Virus record (IMG/VR): IMGVR_UViG_3300036859_001061
Coordinates: 1-56,087 of that record
Strand: one strand, 5' to 3'
Length of the DNA stretch: 56,087 nt
Origin: a virus
Taxonomy: Duplodnaviria; Caudoviricetes
The position numbers and the translations under genes were made by a program. Under the pieces are notes generated by a model. That model was not told where the DNA came from, did no database searches, and saw only the letters and a list, made by a program, of their open reading frames with translations. Positions 9,028 through 19,164 of this stretch are shown here, piece after piece (positions within the stretch are counted from its first letter, which is position 1; every line of letters starts with the position of its first letter).

Positions 9028-10098
9028 CTACGCGAACGGGTTCACCGACGCGATCCCGGTGGTCGTCACCCGGATCGGCTTCGTGACGCCGGCCATCCCA
9101 GTCGGCGCCGCCGTCGTGTCGAGCGCCTCGAGCGCGATCTTTGGCTCGCCCTGCTGCACCGTCGGCAACGGCGCCGCGTACGACATCACCGCCAGGTTCG
9201 GGAGCTCGAACTTCAGCCCCCAGCTCGTCGTCGCGTCGATGAGCGGGCCGGTGAAGATCAGATCGCCCTTGTAGCGCGTCCCGTCCTTGTGCGCGGCGAA
9301 GAACGCCTTCGACGTCGCGTCGTAGCGGGCGAACGTCAGATCGAGCGTGATCTTGGGGAAGCCATTGTCGAGCGGCTGGATGATCGACGGCGAGCCGCCG
9401 ACGAACTTCACATCGATCGGCTGCTCGACGCGCAGCTTCATCGCCGTGAACTTCATGGCGTCTGACGACCCCAGGGCCCCGCCGCTCTGGGCGTTCAGCC
9501 GGATGACGCAGTCCTTGAAGAACCAGCGCCGGCCGAGCGTCGGGAAGGTCAGCGCGCTGATCTGCGTCGCCGTATTGATGGCCGAGTCGACCTTCTCCTG
9601 ATCCCCGGTGAAGAGCCAATCGACTTCCATCCGGCCCATCTCGCCGATTCGCATCTCGAAGCCGCTGAAGACCGCCCCCGGCACTTCGGCGACGTCCTGG
9701 ACCTTGTCCCGGACGATCGTGGCATAGAGCGTCGAGCGGGTCGTCGCCGGCTCGAACGTGTTGGTGTAGACAGTCGACGTGCCGATCTGCACGGGCGCGG
9801 TCCCGCCGGTCCCGAGCGCGAGGGCGAACAGAATGTTCTGCCACACGTCGTGGTAGTGCAGGAACATCGGGAGCTGGGTCTGCACCGCCTCGAGGTTGCT
9901 GACCTGGATGGCCCCGATGAAGTTGCGGGTCGCGACGTCTTCCTTCGCGATCTGCCGCTTGTTCTGAATATCGACGTCGTCGCGCAGGTAGTGCCCGTCG
10001 CCGGCGCCGACGGCCGTCGCGGTCGCCGACCCCAGGCTCCAGGACCCGGCGGTCGCGATATTGATCCCCACCTTCGTTTCGCGTGCGGTGACACCCAT
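9028..10098 (-). CDS. Major tail tube protein
   Basis: 356 aa, beta-rich, YTNTFEP motif; strong GGAG RBS; canonical position. Confidence 0.75.
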   Translation of the reverse strand: MGVTARETKVGINIATAGSWSLGSATATAVGAGDGHYLRDDVDIQNKRQIAKEDVATRNFIGAIQVSNLEAVQTQLPMFLHYHDVWQNILFALALGTGGTAPVQIGTSTVYTNTFEPATTRSTLYATIVRDKVQDVAEVPGAVFSGFEMRIGEMGRMEVDWLFTGDQEKVDSAINTATQISALTFPTLGRRWFFKDCVIRLNAQSGGALGSSDAMKFTAMKLRVEQPIDVKFVGGSPSIIQPLDNGFPKITLDLTFARYDATSKAFFAAHKDGTRYKGDLIFTGPLIDATTSWGLKFELPNLAVMSYAAPLPTVQQGEPKIALEALDTTAAPTGMAGVTKPIRVTTTGIASVNPFA

Positions 10099-10160
10099 GA
10101 TGGACTCCTACCTCCTCGTCCGGCTGCGCGCCGGCGCCGCGTGAGATCCGCCGTCGCCTG

Positions 10161-10364
10161 CTACGCGCGCGCCCAGTGATCCGGGTGCTGCGTGACGAGG
10201 TACGTCGCGAACTCCGCGTCTGATTCCTGGTAGACCCGTCCGGGTTCCAGTTGGCCATACCGGGGCGACTCCGCGTCCGGGGGGCCGACGTAGCGCAGAT
10301 CGACCGGCCCGCTGGCCGGCGCCGCGCTCGTCGTGGATGCCGCGCGTGTGTCCTTTTTCGCCAT
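10161..10364 (-). CDS. Small virion-associated hypothetical protein
   Basis: MAKKDTR start after AGGAG; LRYVGP motif. Confidence 0.5.
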   Translation of the reverse strand: MAKKDTRAASTTSAAPASGPVDLRYVGPPDAESPRYGQLEPGRVYQESDAEFATYLVTQHPDHWARA

Positions 10365-10380
10365 GCTCGTGTGTGCTCCT

Positions 10381-10809
10381 CTACGTGCTCGCGTCGAAGT
10401 CGTAGTCGGTCCGGAACGCGAAGCTCGCAATGAGCAGCTCCGTCCCCTTGGGCTGCGTTATCCGCCGAGTGTCAGCCTCGACGTTCCAGCCCTGTGTCCG
10501 CCCGTCGGCCGACAGATACCGGTAGATCTGATCGCCGAGCTGCTCCAGGGCCTCGAACTGCGCGACGCCGGCGAAGGACACGGGCTTGGCGACCCAGACC
10601 TCGAGACGATCAATCCGGACCTCCTGCTCGTTCCCCACCGAGGCCCGGCTGATGGCCCCGGCATCGCCGATCCAGTAGCTGTCCTGGATCAGACTATTCG
10701 GTTGCCGGTCGTGCGAGAAGGCCTGCTGCGCGCGCGCGAGCGATACCGGCGGCTGCTCAAGCACGAGCCGCCAGGCCGCGATGATGCTCGCCAGGTCCGT
10801 CGTCGCCAT
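10381..10809 (-). CDS. Putative tail terminator/completion protein
   Basis: 142-aa acidic protein upstream of tail tube gene. Confidence 0.5.
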   Translation of the reverse strand: MATTDLASIIAAWRLVLEQPPVSLARAQQAFSHDRQPNSLIQDSYWIGDAGAISRASVGNEQEVRIDRLEVWVAKPVSFAGVAQFEALEQLGDQIYRYLSADGRTQGWNVEADTRRITQPKGTELLIASFAFRTDYDFDAST

Positions 10810-11631
10810 CTACCCCTCGACCGCCGCCGGCGTCTCCTCGACCGTCAGCGTCACGACGTCCCGCAGCTTCGCCTCTGTCGCCGCAAGGACCTCCCGGTAC
10901 CGGGCGAAGTACTGCTCGTCGGCGATCGCCGTGAAGAGGTGGCCGCACCTGATCGACGGGTCGAGGAGGATGGGAAACCCCGCCGCGCGCACCTTCTCGC
11001 AGAAGGGCACATCCTCCGAAATCATCGGCCAGCCGTCCTCGTTCGCCCGGTACTCGAACCACGGCCGCGGGCCGAGCGCCTGGACGATGGCCAACGGAAT
11101 CAGCGCGCAGCCCATCCCTACGACCTCCTCGGCGCGCAGGCCGTCGGCGTCGACGTCGGCGTAGTCGGCGTCTACCCGGTACTGCCGATACAGCCCCGAG
11201 GCGTGCAGGCGCCCTTCGCGCAGCGCGACCGGGCCGTATGGCATCCGGCGCTGCGTGTAGAACCCGCTCACCACGGCGCCGCGCGGGATGTGCCGCAGCA
11301 GGCGCGCGAAGAGGTCGTCCGGGAAGATCATGTCGGCGTCGAGAAACACGACATGCGTGAAGCCGTCCCGCATCGCCTGCTCGAGCGCCGCGTTCCGGAG
11401 CGCGTCGACGCACGGCATCGACGTGTACCAGGCCATGTCGATCGCCGCGATGCCGAGGTCCGCCTTGACCCGCGGGATGCGGTTGCCCCACCCGAGTCCA
11501 ATGAGGCTCTGCGCGGCCTGGCGATCGACGACGCCGACGTTGTGGCAGATCGCTACGAGCACACGGGGCGCCTCGTCACTCTGAGGCACCGCGCTGACCG
11601 GACCCTCCTGGCGGACTGACGTCTCGCTCAT
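10810..11631 (-). CDS. Glycosyltransferase, GT-A/GT2-like
   Basis: THVVFLDADM (DxD), GMGCALI, SEDVPFC, CGH motifs. Confidence 0.85.
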   Translation of the reverse strand: MSETSVRQEGPVSAVPQSDEAPRVLVAICHNVGVVDRQAAQSLIGLGWGNRIPRVKADLGIAAIDMAWYTSMPCVDALRNAALEQAMRDGFTHVVFLDADMIFPDDLFARLLRHIPRGAVVSGFYTQRRMPYGPVALREGRLHASGLYRQYRVDADYADVDADGLRAEEVVGMGCALIPLAIVQALGPRPWFEYRANEDGWPMISEDVPFCEKVRAAGFPILLDPSIRCGHLFTAIADEQYFARYREVLAATEAKLRDVVTLTVEETPAAVEG

Positions 11632-12500
11632 CCGCGCCTCAACGTGATGGGGGTGTAATCTTCAAGCTCGCGCTGGTCGACGACCTCGTCGCGGTTCGTG
11701 TCGAGCGGGATGCCGCCGCCTTCCTTGAGCAACTGGAAAAGATCCAGGGCCTCCTTGCGGTAGCGGTCCGCCTTCTCCTTCCATTCCTCCGGGCGGCCGG
11801 CCCCGCGCTCGAGCCCGTTCAGGACGTAGTAGAGCGCCAGGAGGGTCGCGACCCGCTTCAGCCCGTCCGGCGCGCGGATCGGAAGGATCTGCGACGCGAG
11901 CGTCGAGCCGCTCGTGAGCGCCGCGTCGAGCGACAGCTCCACCCAGAAGTACTCGTCGGCCGTCGGCCCGAGGCGCACGCGCTGCCACGCCGACGGGATC
12001 GTCCAGGTGATCCGGCCGCTCGAGGCAAACGCGGTCGTGCCGTCGGTGGCCGCGAGCGTCGTCCAGCCCGTGCCCCCGCGATACTTCGCGGTCAACGTGC
12101 GACTCTGGGCGTTCAGCGCATCCTTCAGCTTCACCCAGATCCCGTCGAACTGGTAGTCGGCGCCGACGTAGAGCCGGTTCGCGCTGCTGGCGAAGATCGC
12201 CGTCAGGTTGACGTCGTCCTCCTCGTCGTCGACTGCGGCGCTCGTGATGTCGGCGTACGCGCCGCTGACGTAAGACAAGACGTACGCGGGGCTGTGCCGA
12301 TCGAGGATGCGATCGGCGGCGCCGCGGACCTTGGGAAACGCGCATTCGACGAGGATCTTGAGCTCGCGCTTCGCCTCGGCGCGTGCGGTCGGCCAGGTCG
12401 TCGCGCCCCACGGCGCCGGCGACGTGTTCGCGCGAGCCTGCGGCTCGATCGCCGCCAAGTCCGCGTCTGTCACGAGCGTCAGATTGGCCCAGCCACTCAT
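11628..12500 (-). CDS. Putative head-tail adaptor with inserted beta domain
   Basis: Helical N- and C-termini (KADRYRKEA) like connector proteins; position. Confidence 0.5.
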   Translation of the reverse strand: MSGWANLTLVTDADLAAIEPQARANTSPAPWGATTWPTARAEAKRELKILVECAFPKVRGAADRILDRHSPAYVLSYVSGAYADITSAAVDDEEDDVNLTAIFASSANRLYVGADYQFDGIWVKLKDALNAQSRTLTAKYRGGTGWTTLAATDGTTAFASSGRITWTIPSAWQRVRLGPTADEYFWVELSLDAALTSGSTLASQILPIRAPDGLKRVATLLALYYVLNGLERGAGRPEEWKEKADRYRKEALDLFQLLKEGGGIPLDTNRDEVVDQRELEDYTPITLRRG

Positions 12501-12504
12501 CGGG

Positions 12505-12816
12505 TTACCGCCTCACCAGGACCGTCACGGCCAGGCCGTTCGGGAAAAACACATCGAGGCTGCTCGCGTCGCGCGCCTTGAAGCGCAGCTCGTAGGGCGA
12601 CAGATCCGCGTCGAGGTCCACCGCGTCCGGGTTCCACTCGACCTGGCCGACTGCGGCCGACGTCACCGTGACATCGCCGCTCGCGTCGACCGCGGTGCCG
12701 TCCCGGTCGTAGAGCTGCGCGGTGACCGTCAAGCCGGTCAGGACCGCGGCGACCCCGTCGGCCTGCAACGTGAGGGGCACGGGCCCCGTCCAGCCCTCGA
12801 CGAGCTCGAGCGTCAT
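12505..12816 (-). CDS. Small beta-sandwich virion protein (BppU N-terminal-like)
   Basis: GQVEWNP..DL..YELRFK..VFFPN pattern. Confidence 0.5.
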   Translation of the reverse strand: MTLELVEGWTGPVPLTLQADGVAAVLTGLTVTAQLYDRDGTAVDASGDVTVTSAAVGQVEWNPDAVDLDADLSPYELRFKARDASSLDVFFPNGLAVTVLVRR

Positions 12817-13733
12817 GTCGTCGCCTCTGTGAGCACCACGCGCCGCACCGCCAGGCGGCTGAGGACTGTACGCGGCGGCAGCCGCGAGAGCACCGTGGTC
12901 AGGAGCGGCAGATCGCCGAAGACCTGCGCGCCCAGGTTCGCGCCGATCGGCGGGGCCGTCTCCCCCCAGGCGCGCACCGCGATGCGCCAGAGCCGGTCCG
13001 GCGTAATCACGACCCACGGCAGCGGCGGCAACGGTTCAGCCCCGTCCGGCACCGCGCCATTGACGGGCGCCTGGCGGCGCCGCGCCCAGAGACGGGCCGC
13101 GGCCGGCGGCAGCCACGTCACGACATCCGGGGTCGTCGCGGTCGGCGGCTCGACCGGCGCCGCGTCCTCACGCGCCCGCGTCCATGCCATACGCAGCGTC
13201 ATCCGGTCAGCGCCTATCGCCGTCACGTAGTCGGGCGCAGGCACAACCGCCGGCGCCAGCACGGTGTCCCACGCGAACACGGCCTGCGGGGCAAAGCGCC
13301 GCACGAAGTGCGGGAGCACCTCTGGGAAGGTCGAGGCCCAGCTCATCACCGGGACATCGACCTCGACGCCGAAGAGCGGCTGCGGCCGCTGGCCGGGGGT
13401 GGCCCACGAGCGCCGCCACCAGCCGCGGGGCGGCCGGTCGTTCGCCACGAGTTCCGGCACGACCGGGACTGGCGGCGCGACGAGCGGCGGTGGCGTGACA
13501 TCGTAGACGCGCGAGATCAGCGCCCGCGGCGGATCCGGCGATCGCCAGCCCGTCGGCGGATCCGGCGAGCCCTGCGCGTCCGTGGACGGCCGCACACACG
13601 CCTGCAGGCGCGCCGGCGCGAAGGCCCCGCGGAAGCGCGCGAGCTGGGGTTGCGCCAGCCACTTGTCGACCGTGATCGTCTCGGCGCCGCCGGCATCCGG
13701 CAGCATCGGCGCCGTGAGGGGCTGATACTGCAT
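12813..13733 (-). CDS. Pro/Arg/Trp-rich hypothetical protein
   Basis: Long ORF coupled to neighbours. Confidence 0.5.
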   Translation of the reverse strand: MQYQPLTAPMLPDAGGAETITVDKWLAQPQLARFRGAFAPARLQACVRPSTDAQGSPDPPTGWRSPDPPRALISRVYDVTPPPLVAPPVPVVPELVANDRPPRGWWRRSWATPGQRPQPLFGVEVDVPVMSWASTFPEVLPHFVRRFAPQAVFAWDTVLAPAVVPAPDYVTAIGADRMTLRMAWTRAREDAAPVEPPTATTPDVVTWLPPAAARLWARRRQAPVNGAVPDGAEPLPPLPWVVITPDRLWRIAVRAWGETAPPIGANLGAQVFGDLPLLTTVLSRLPPRTVLSRLAVRRVVLTEATT

Positions 13734-13735
13734 GC

Positions 13736-15025
13736 TCAGCTCGCCGCCTTCAGGCCGGTCAGCCCGGCGGGCGTCGCCTTCCACCCGGGCCGGATCGCCG
13801 GATGTGCCCCGGGCATCCACTGATCCGGTGTGGTGACCGCCGGCGTGTACCCGACATAGAGCCCCATCGCGCTAATCTGCGGGTTCGGCGTCGTGTCGGT
13901 CGACCGTACGCCGATCTGGACCGCGTCGAGAATCGCCGGCGTCCAGGCGCCCGTCGTGTCTGGGTCGGTGTAATCGACGCGCTTCAGCGTGCGCGGCGCG
14001 CCGTCGTCCTGCGTGAACCAGGTCGCCGACGCGAGCCCGATCGCCGCGCTCTCGGTTGAGAAGGCGTTGCTATAGAGCTGCTGGATGTAATTGCACGCCG
14101 CGGCCGACGCCGCGCGCACGCGGGCGAGGATGCCCGTGCAGACGATCGTGTCGGACGGCGAGATGAACGGGCTCGCTGCCGTCAGGTTGTACAGGTTGAC
14201 GCGATCGGTCGCCCCCGTACTGTTGACGAGGAGCGCGATGTACGTCGTCGCGTCATCCGGGGCGATCTCGTCGACTTGCTGATAGGCCGTCTGGCCCGTG
14301 GTGGGCCCGGTGTCCCAATCGGTGCCCTGCGTCCCGCGGTTCGTTGTCGTGCCGTCCGCGTTCGGCGTGAGCAGGATCAGGCGCTCAGCCGGCGGATAGC
14401 CGGTCTCGCTGCCACCGGTGCTGTCGTTCAGCCTGATGTCATCGAAGAACCAGTCGCCCTGCGTCTGCGCCTCCGCCGCGAGGTTCCCGCCGAAGGTGAC
14501 CGACGCCACGCCCGAGGAGATCGAACGCGCCGAGGAGGTCGCGAAGACGGTCGGCGAGTCGAGGATGTCATCAGCCGTCAGGCGCCCCTCGACGACGTGC
14601 GAGCCCGCGACAGGGCTGATGTCGGCCTTGAGGTCGATGCGGTACCACGTGTCGAGCGCGAGCACGGCCGAGGCCGAGCCGATCGTCCCGTCCTCGTCGC
14701 GGAGCTGCAACGTGCCGTCCGCGTTGAGGTCGATCGCGACACGCATCGCGCCAGCCGTGGTCGCGAACAGCATGATCCGATTGGCGGCTGAGGGACGGGT
14801 CGCGATCCGAAGGTAGACGCTGAAGAAGTACGGCCCGTTCGCGTTCGCCGCCGAGAACTGCATGCTGAACGCCTGGGCGGTCCCTGAGACGAGCGACGAG
14901 ATCCGCCCGGCGTAGGAGCCCGTGCGGACCGGAGTGGTGACGACGGTCGGCGCGCCGGTCGTCGCGGCTTCGACGCCGTCGGTCGCCGAGCCCCACTCGA
15001 ACCCGCACATCCAGAGGCGCGCCAT
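13736..15025 (-). CDS. Virion structural protein, lectin/LamG-like beta sandwich
   Basis: LDTWYRIDL and FFDDIRLND patterns; T/S/G-rich. Confidence 0.6.
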   Translation of the reverse strand: MARLWMCGFEWGSATDGVEAATTGAPTVVTTPVRTGSYAGRISSLVSGTAQAFSMQFSAANANGPYFFSVYLRIATRPSAANRIMLFATTAGAMRVAIDLNADGTLQLRDEDGTIGSASAVLALDTWYRIDLKADISPVAGSHVVEGRLTADDILDSPTVFATSSARSISSGVASVTFGGNLAAEAQTQGDWFFDDIRLNDSTGGSETGYPPAERLILLTPNADGTTTNRGTQGTDWDTGPTTGQTAYQQVDEIAPDDATTYIALLVNSTGATDRVNLYNLTAASPFISPSDTIVCTGILARVRAASAAACNYIQQLYSNAFSTESAAIGLASATWFTQDDGAPRTLKRVDYTDPDTTGAWTPAILDAVQIGVRSTDTTPNPQISAMGLYVGYTPAVTTPDQWMPGAHPAIRPGWKATPAGLTGLKAAS

Positions 15026-17365
15026 CTAGGTCGCGCCTCCGGAGGCGGGGGTGGTCAGAAGGGGAGAAACGCGCCGAGCAGATCGGCGGGCAAGACGTCG
15101 CCCGCTTGCACCACGAGGTACCGCTCGGCCCCGTCGCCGCGCGCGAGCAGCTTCCCGCGCCGGATCATCTCCGCCCGCGAGAGCGTCACCGGGAACGTCA
15201 GGCGCTTGTACGCCGTCGACGTGCGATCGAGCTGATTGCCGACCGTCGACGCCAGGTCGCCGTTCACGACGAAAAGGATCTCGGCCTGAATCAGCGGGTT
15301 CGCGACGTACGTGTAGTAGTCGCACCAGCGATCCGCGCCATCGCCCGTGCAGGCTTCGCCCTGGATCGCGGTCTCGATCGTCGTCAGCAACGCCTGATGT
15401 TGCGCCCGGGTGTCCGGGCCCGAGACGAGCCAGATGATCGTGTACTTCGTGGTTGGTTGCGCGAGCGCCGATGTCGGCGCTGCGAGCATGGCGAGTGCGA
15501 GGAGTGCTGTCGCAGTCAGCAGCTTCCGCATACGTGTCCCTCCTGGAACCCGGGGCACTCCAGCCCGCGGGGAGAGACAGTCTACGCGGAAACGGTCCAG
15601 GTGCAAGCGGCGCGGGACGAAGGTCCCGAAGGGCTCGACCGTCGGGTGCCATCGTCAGCGCGCGCCAGATCCGCGCGAGCCACGCGAGCAGTTCTGGCGC
15701 CGGCGGACTCGCGCGTTCGTACGCGCCCATGTCCCACACCCCATTCGGGCGGGGCGTATGCGCGCGGTCGAAGAGCAGCGACGTCCCGAAGGCGGCGGTG
15801 AAGGTGGCCGCCACGGTCGACATGTCGTACCCCGCGTTGATCGCGGGGCTCCCGGCCTGCAGCGTATAGTCCCGGCTCGCGGCATTCGTGAACAGGGGAT
15901 CCGCCTGGAGCGAGTTGTCGCCCACCACTGTGCCCGCGATCCAGCTCGCCACGCTCGTATAGGTGGCCCCCCAGGAGATCCCGAGGTCCGACCCGTTCTG
16001 GTAGTACAGCTCGTGACTCACTTCGGAATTCGCCCTAACGGTGGAGTTGAAGACCTCGAAATGAAACCCGCCGGCGCCAATGCCCGAGAGGTTCGAGACG
16101 ATGTTGCCGTGCTCGAGGATGACGTTCGTGGCCGAGTTGCCGCCGGACTGAATGCCGCCGGCCGAGCCCTCCACCGTGTTGTGATACAGCCGCAGCGTGC
16201 CGCCGCCGCGATCGGGGTTCAACCCGATGGCGCTCATGTTGTAGACCACGTTGCCGATCCACCACGAGCCCGGATACGTCCCCACGTCCTGCACATTCGT
16301 CGAGACGATGCCATAGACGGCGTTGTACAGCAGATTGTTGATGATCCACGCGTTGTACGGCCCATCACCGGTCGTCGGCCCGTAGTGGATGACGACCAGC
16401 GCGCCCTCGGCTGAATCCACGTCGAGCTGATCGTGCAGCGTATTCTCGCTGATGATGAAGTTGTGGACCTCTTTCAGGTCGATCGCGTTCTCGCGGTTAT
16501 CATGGATGTTGTTCCCGCCGACATAGAAATCGTGCGTGGTGTGATTCGCGTCGTGCCCGTTCCCGAGACCGTCGCCCCCGCAGTGGTACACCTCGTTCGC
16601 CAGGTACCAGGTGAACGTGTGATTGCTCGAGACCCCGAGGCAGTGCAGATCGCTGTTGATGTCGGTCGGCTGAGTCCAGTCGCCGAGGTCGTGCACGAGG
16701 TTCCGGAAGACGACCGCGTAGGAGGAACTGGCCGGGCAGATCCCGCAGCCGGCCAGGTCGACGGTCGTGTTTGTCCCGACGACCTCGGAATCTCGGAAGA
16801 CGACATGGTCGCCGCTGAGTAGCACCATGTCTTGATCGCCGTTCGTTAGTTTGACGTTTTCAACAATGCTGTATGACCCCGACTGGACGAGCGAGCGCGT
16901 GCCGTTCGTGTTGATCGTGATGCGGCCCGCATACGTCGGGCCACGCAGCACGACCGGATTCGCCGCCGTGCCGGTGCCGCCGACCGTGTAGTTCGCGGAG
17001 AGCGTGTAGGGGCCCCCACGCACCTGCACGACGGTCCCCGCCGCCGCCGAACTGATCGTCGGGAGGTTGCAGCGCGGCACGCTCGGCGTCCCGTTGCCCG
17101 CGTCCGAGCAATTGCCGGCCGTGCTATCCACCCAATGGGTGTAGTAGTCGGTGTCCCCGAACAGGTTCGCGACCGTCTCGTTGACGCCGAACGGTGGCGC
17201 GGGGATGCCGGTGTACGACGACGCGGCCGACGTCGTGCTGGTCCCGCTCAGGCGCGTGCCGGAAATGAACTGCCGCCGCCGCGCCACCGCGGGGGTCGTC
17301 GCGTCAGCCGTCATCGTCAGCACGGTCCCGATCACGAGTGCGAGCGTGACGAACGCGCGCGTCAT
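15026..17365 (-). CDS. Right-handed beta-helix (pectate-lyase-like) protein, putative depolymerase
   Basis: N/D/G-rich parallel beta-helix repeats; DPLFTN..DYTLQAGSPAINAG..WDMGAYE terminal motif near 15720; frame stays open to 15026. Confidence 0.75.
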   Translation of the reverse strand: MTRAFVTLALVIGTVLTMTADATTPAVARRRQFISGTRLSGTSTTSAASSYTGIPAPPFGVNETVANLFGDTDYYTHWVDSTAGNCSDAGNGTPSVPRCNLPTISSAAAGTVVQVRGGPYTLSANYTVGGTGTAANPVVLRGPTYAGRITINTNGTRSLVQSGSYSIVENVKLTNGDQDMVLLSGDHVVFRDSEVVGTNTTVDLAGCGICPASSSYAVVFRNLVHDLGDWTQPTDINSDLHCLGVSSNHTFTWYLANEVYHCGGDGLGNGHDANHTTHDFYVGGNNIHDNRENAIDLKEVHNFIISENTLHDQLDVDSAEGALVVIHYGPTTGDGPYNAWIINNLLYNAVYGIVSTNVQDVGTYPGSWWIGNVVYNMSAIGLNPDRGGGTLRLYHNTVEGSAGGIQSGGNSATNVILEHGNIVSNLSGIGAGGFHFEVFNSTVRANSEVSHELYYQNGSDLGISWGATYTSVASWIAGTVVGDNSLQADPLFTNAASRDYTLQAGSPAINAGYDMSTVAATFTAAFGTSLLFDRAHTPRPNGVWDMGAYERASPPAPELLAWLARIWRALTMAPDGRALRDLRPAPLAPGPFPRRLSLPAGWSAPGSRRDTYAEAADCDSTPRTRHARSADIGARATNHEVHDHLARLGPGHPGATSGVADDDRDRDPGRSLHGRWRGSLVRLLHVRREPADSGRDPFRRERRPGVDGRQSARSHVDGVQAPDVPGDALAGGDDPAREAARARRRGRAVPRGASGRRLARRSARRVSPLLTTPASGGAT
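15055..15531 (-). CDS. Exported hypothetical protein
   Basis: GGAGG RBS; signal peptide MRKLLTATALLALAMLAAPTSALA. Confidence 0.6.
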   Translation of the reverse strand: MRKLLTATALLALAMLAAPTSALAQPTTKYTIIWLVSGPDTRAQHQALLTTIETAIQGEACTGDGADRWCDYYTYVANPLIQAEILFVVNGDLASTVGNQLDRTSTAYKRLTFPVTLSRAEMIRRGKLLARGDGAERYLVVQAGDVLPADLLGAFLPF

Positions 17366-17670
17366 GTGCACAGCCCCGCGATCTGGCGCCGGAAGCGATC
17401 GCGCGCTTCCATGCGCTCCATCTGCTGTTCCCACGGGGTGCAGCGGCCATCCGCGTGACAGCGCAGGCAGACGGGCGCCTGACAGCGGCCGCACCAGGCG
17501 CCGGCGTGCTCGATGGGCGGCTGGTGCGTGCGCAGCTCGAGGTAGACCGTCGGACCGAACCCGGGCTTCACGAAGACGATGGCACAGCAGTGCGCGCACG
17601 TGATCGAGTCGCGCTCGAGGGTTGGCGCCTCCGGATCGACGCCGATCAGATACCCGTGGGGATGGAGCAT
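17362..17670 (-). CDS. Cys-rich zinc-finger protein
   Basis: TCAHCC, WCGRC, VCLRC motifs. Confidence 0.65.
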   Translation of the reverse strand: MLHPHGYLIGVDPEAPTLERDSITCAHCCAIVFVKPGFGPTVYLELRTHQPPIEHAGAWCGRCQAPVCLRCHADGRCTPWEQQMERMEARDRFRRQIAGLCT

Positions 17671-17687
17671 CGGTTGCCTGGGTCGCC

Positions 17688-17879
17688 TTACTTGTCGCCG
17701 CGCGCGGCGCGGGCCAGCGCCTGCCGTTCGCCGTTGATCTGGTCCTTGGTCATGGCCGTCACCCGCGTGACGACTTTCTTCATCGTGAGGGCGACGTGCT
17801 CCTTCGCGGCGGCCGCGCTGGGGGCATGGACGTCCGCGGTGGACTTGTCTTTGAACGTGACGCGGAAGACGGTGCTCAT
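17688..17879 (-). CDS. Small hypothetical protein
   Basis: MSTVFRVTF start after GAGGAG. Confidence 0.55.
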   Translation of the reverse strand: MSTVFRVTFKDKSTADVHAPSAAAAKEHVALTMKKVVTRVTAMTKDQINGERQALARAARGDK

Positions 17880-17995
17880 AGGAGACTCCTCGTGAACGAA
17901 TGACTGCCGACTTGGGTGTGCGCGGCGGCTCGCTCTGCGCCGCCGCGCCTCCTCTTCGCGCCACGCCGGCAGGCACGGCATGGCGAACACCGGTC

Positions 17996-18454
17996 CTACT
18001 GCTCTTCGACGTGGGCGACCGCGCTGACCGCGGGCGTGCCAGTCGAGATCGTGTCCGTCTGGAGCCCGAAGCCGTTCGACGCCGTCGCCGGCGTGACGAT
18101 CATCTTGTTCTCCGAGAGGGCCGACCACGTATAGGTCGCGCGCTGATTGACGGGCAGCGTGAGCATGTTCGTGGCCGCGGTGTAGGTCGGCTCCACGGTA
18201 TGGTTCTCGCCGGCGTCGGACTCGGTCGCGGCATCGGCCGGATCGAGCGGCTGCGGCGTGACCGCCGTGGAGGTCCCGGCCGCGGTGCAGCGCGTGACGG
18301 TCCATTCCAGCGTCGCATCGGCGGGCGTCGCCGAGGCGCCGATGACGAGCTGATAGAGCTTCAGCCGACGCGGCCGGGTCGCATCGGCGACCCAGGATCC
18401 GACGGAGGCGGTCGTCGACGACGTCCGGTTCATTTCTGCGGCGTAATTGGCCAT
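17996..18454 (-). CDS. Putative virion structural protein
   Basis: Thr/Ala-rich 152 aa; GAGGAG RBS. Confidence 0.6.
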   Translation of the reverse strand: MANYAAEMNRTSSTTASVGSWVADATRPRRLKLYQLVIGASATPADATLEWTVTRCTAAGTSTAVTPQPLDPADAATESDAGENHTVEPTYTAATNMLTLPVNQRATYTWSALSENKMIVTPATASNGFGLQTDTISTGTPAVSAVAHVEEQ

Positions 18455-18579
18455 GGCGCGTATCTCCTCTGAGCAAACCAAGTCGAAACTGTTCAGAGGC
18501 GCGTCCACGCCCGAACCGGTGACGGCCGCGCGGTGCCCCTCCAGGCCCGCGCGACACCGAGTGCCTTCCCGCCGACAGG

Positions 18580-19164
18580 CTACGGCGCGATATACCCCGA
18601 GACGATGAACGTTTTCGATCCCACGGCGGCGTGCATCCAACACAGCTCGTTATTCGCGGTGACCTTGAGCGGCGTCCGGAAATGCCCCTCGACCGGCGCG
18701 AATGCCAGGTTGTAGGCGGACCAGAGCGTCGTCGTGCCGGTCCCGCACGTGCCGCCGGTCCCGAACTTCACCGACAGGTACTGATCAGCTGTCACCGTCG
18801 CAATGACGCTTGCGCTCGCGGAGATGTCCGTCACGTAGAGCGAGAGCGCCGCCCCTGGCGCCGCGCACGGCGATCCGAAGGCCGTCAAGATGGTCGCGCT
18901 GTTATTGGCGATGGCGCATCGGAATCGCTTCGGATGATCCTGCGTGACCGCGAGCAGGCCCTCCGGTGTGAACAGCGCGCGCCGGACTCCGCCGGCGGCC
19001 GCGGCGCTCGGCGAGGTGCCATCCGTCCAGGTGGAGCCGCCGAGGACGACCGACTGCTCGGCCTGCGCGTTGGCGCGCGTGCCTGCGGCCAGCGAGAGCA
19101 GCAGGCCAACGGCGGCACAGAGGACGAAGGTGACGGAGATCGCGAGCGCGCGGAAGCGACTCAT
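18580..19164 (-). CDS. Hypothetical protein with N-terminal signal/TM segment
   Basis: MSRFRALAISVTFVLCAAVGLLLSLAAG; beta-rich C-terminal domain. Confidence 0.6.
   Translation of the reverse strand: MSRFRALAISVTFVLCAAVGLLLSLAAGTRANAQAEQSVVLGGSTWTDGTSPSAAAAGGVRRALFTPEGLLAVTQDHPKRFRCAIANNSATILTAFGSPCAAPGAALSLYVTDISASASVIATVTADQYLSVKFGTGGTCGTGTTTLWSAYNLAFAPVEGHFRTPLKVTANNELCWMHAAVGSKTFIVSGYIAP

Noticed and set aside
4581-9086. Long plus-strand ORFs opposite tail genes (and similar ones window-wide)
   Set aside because: Antisense shadows expected in high-GC DNA; no motifs
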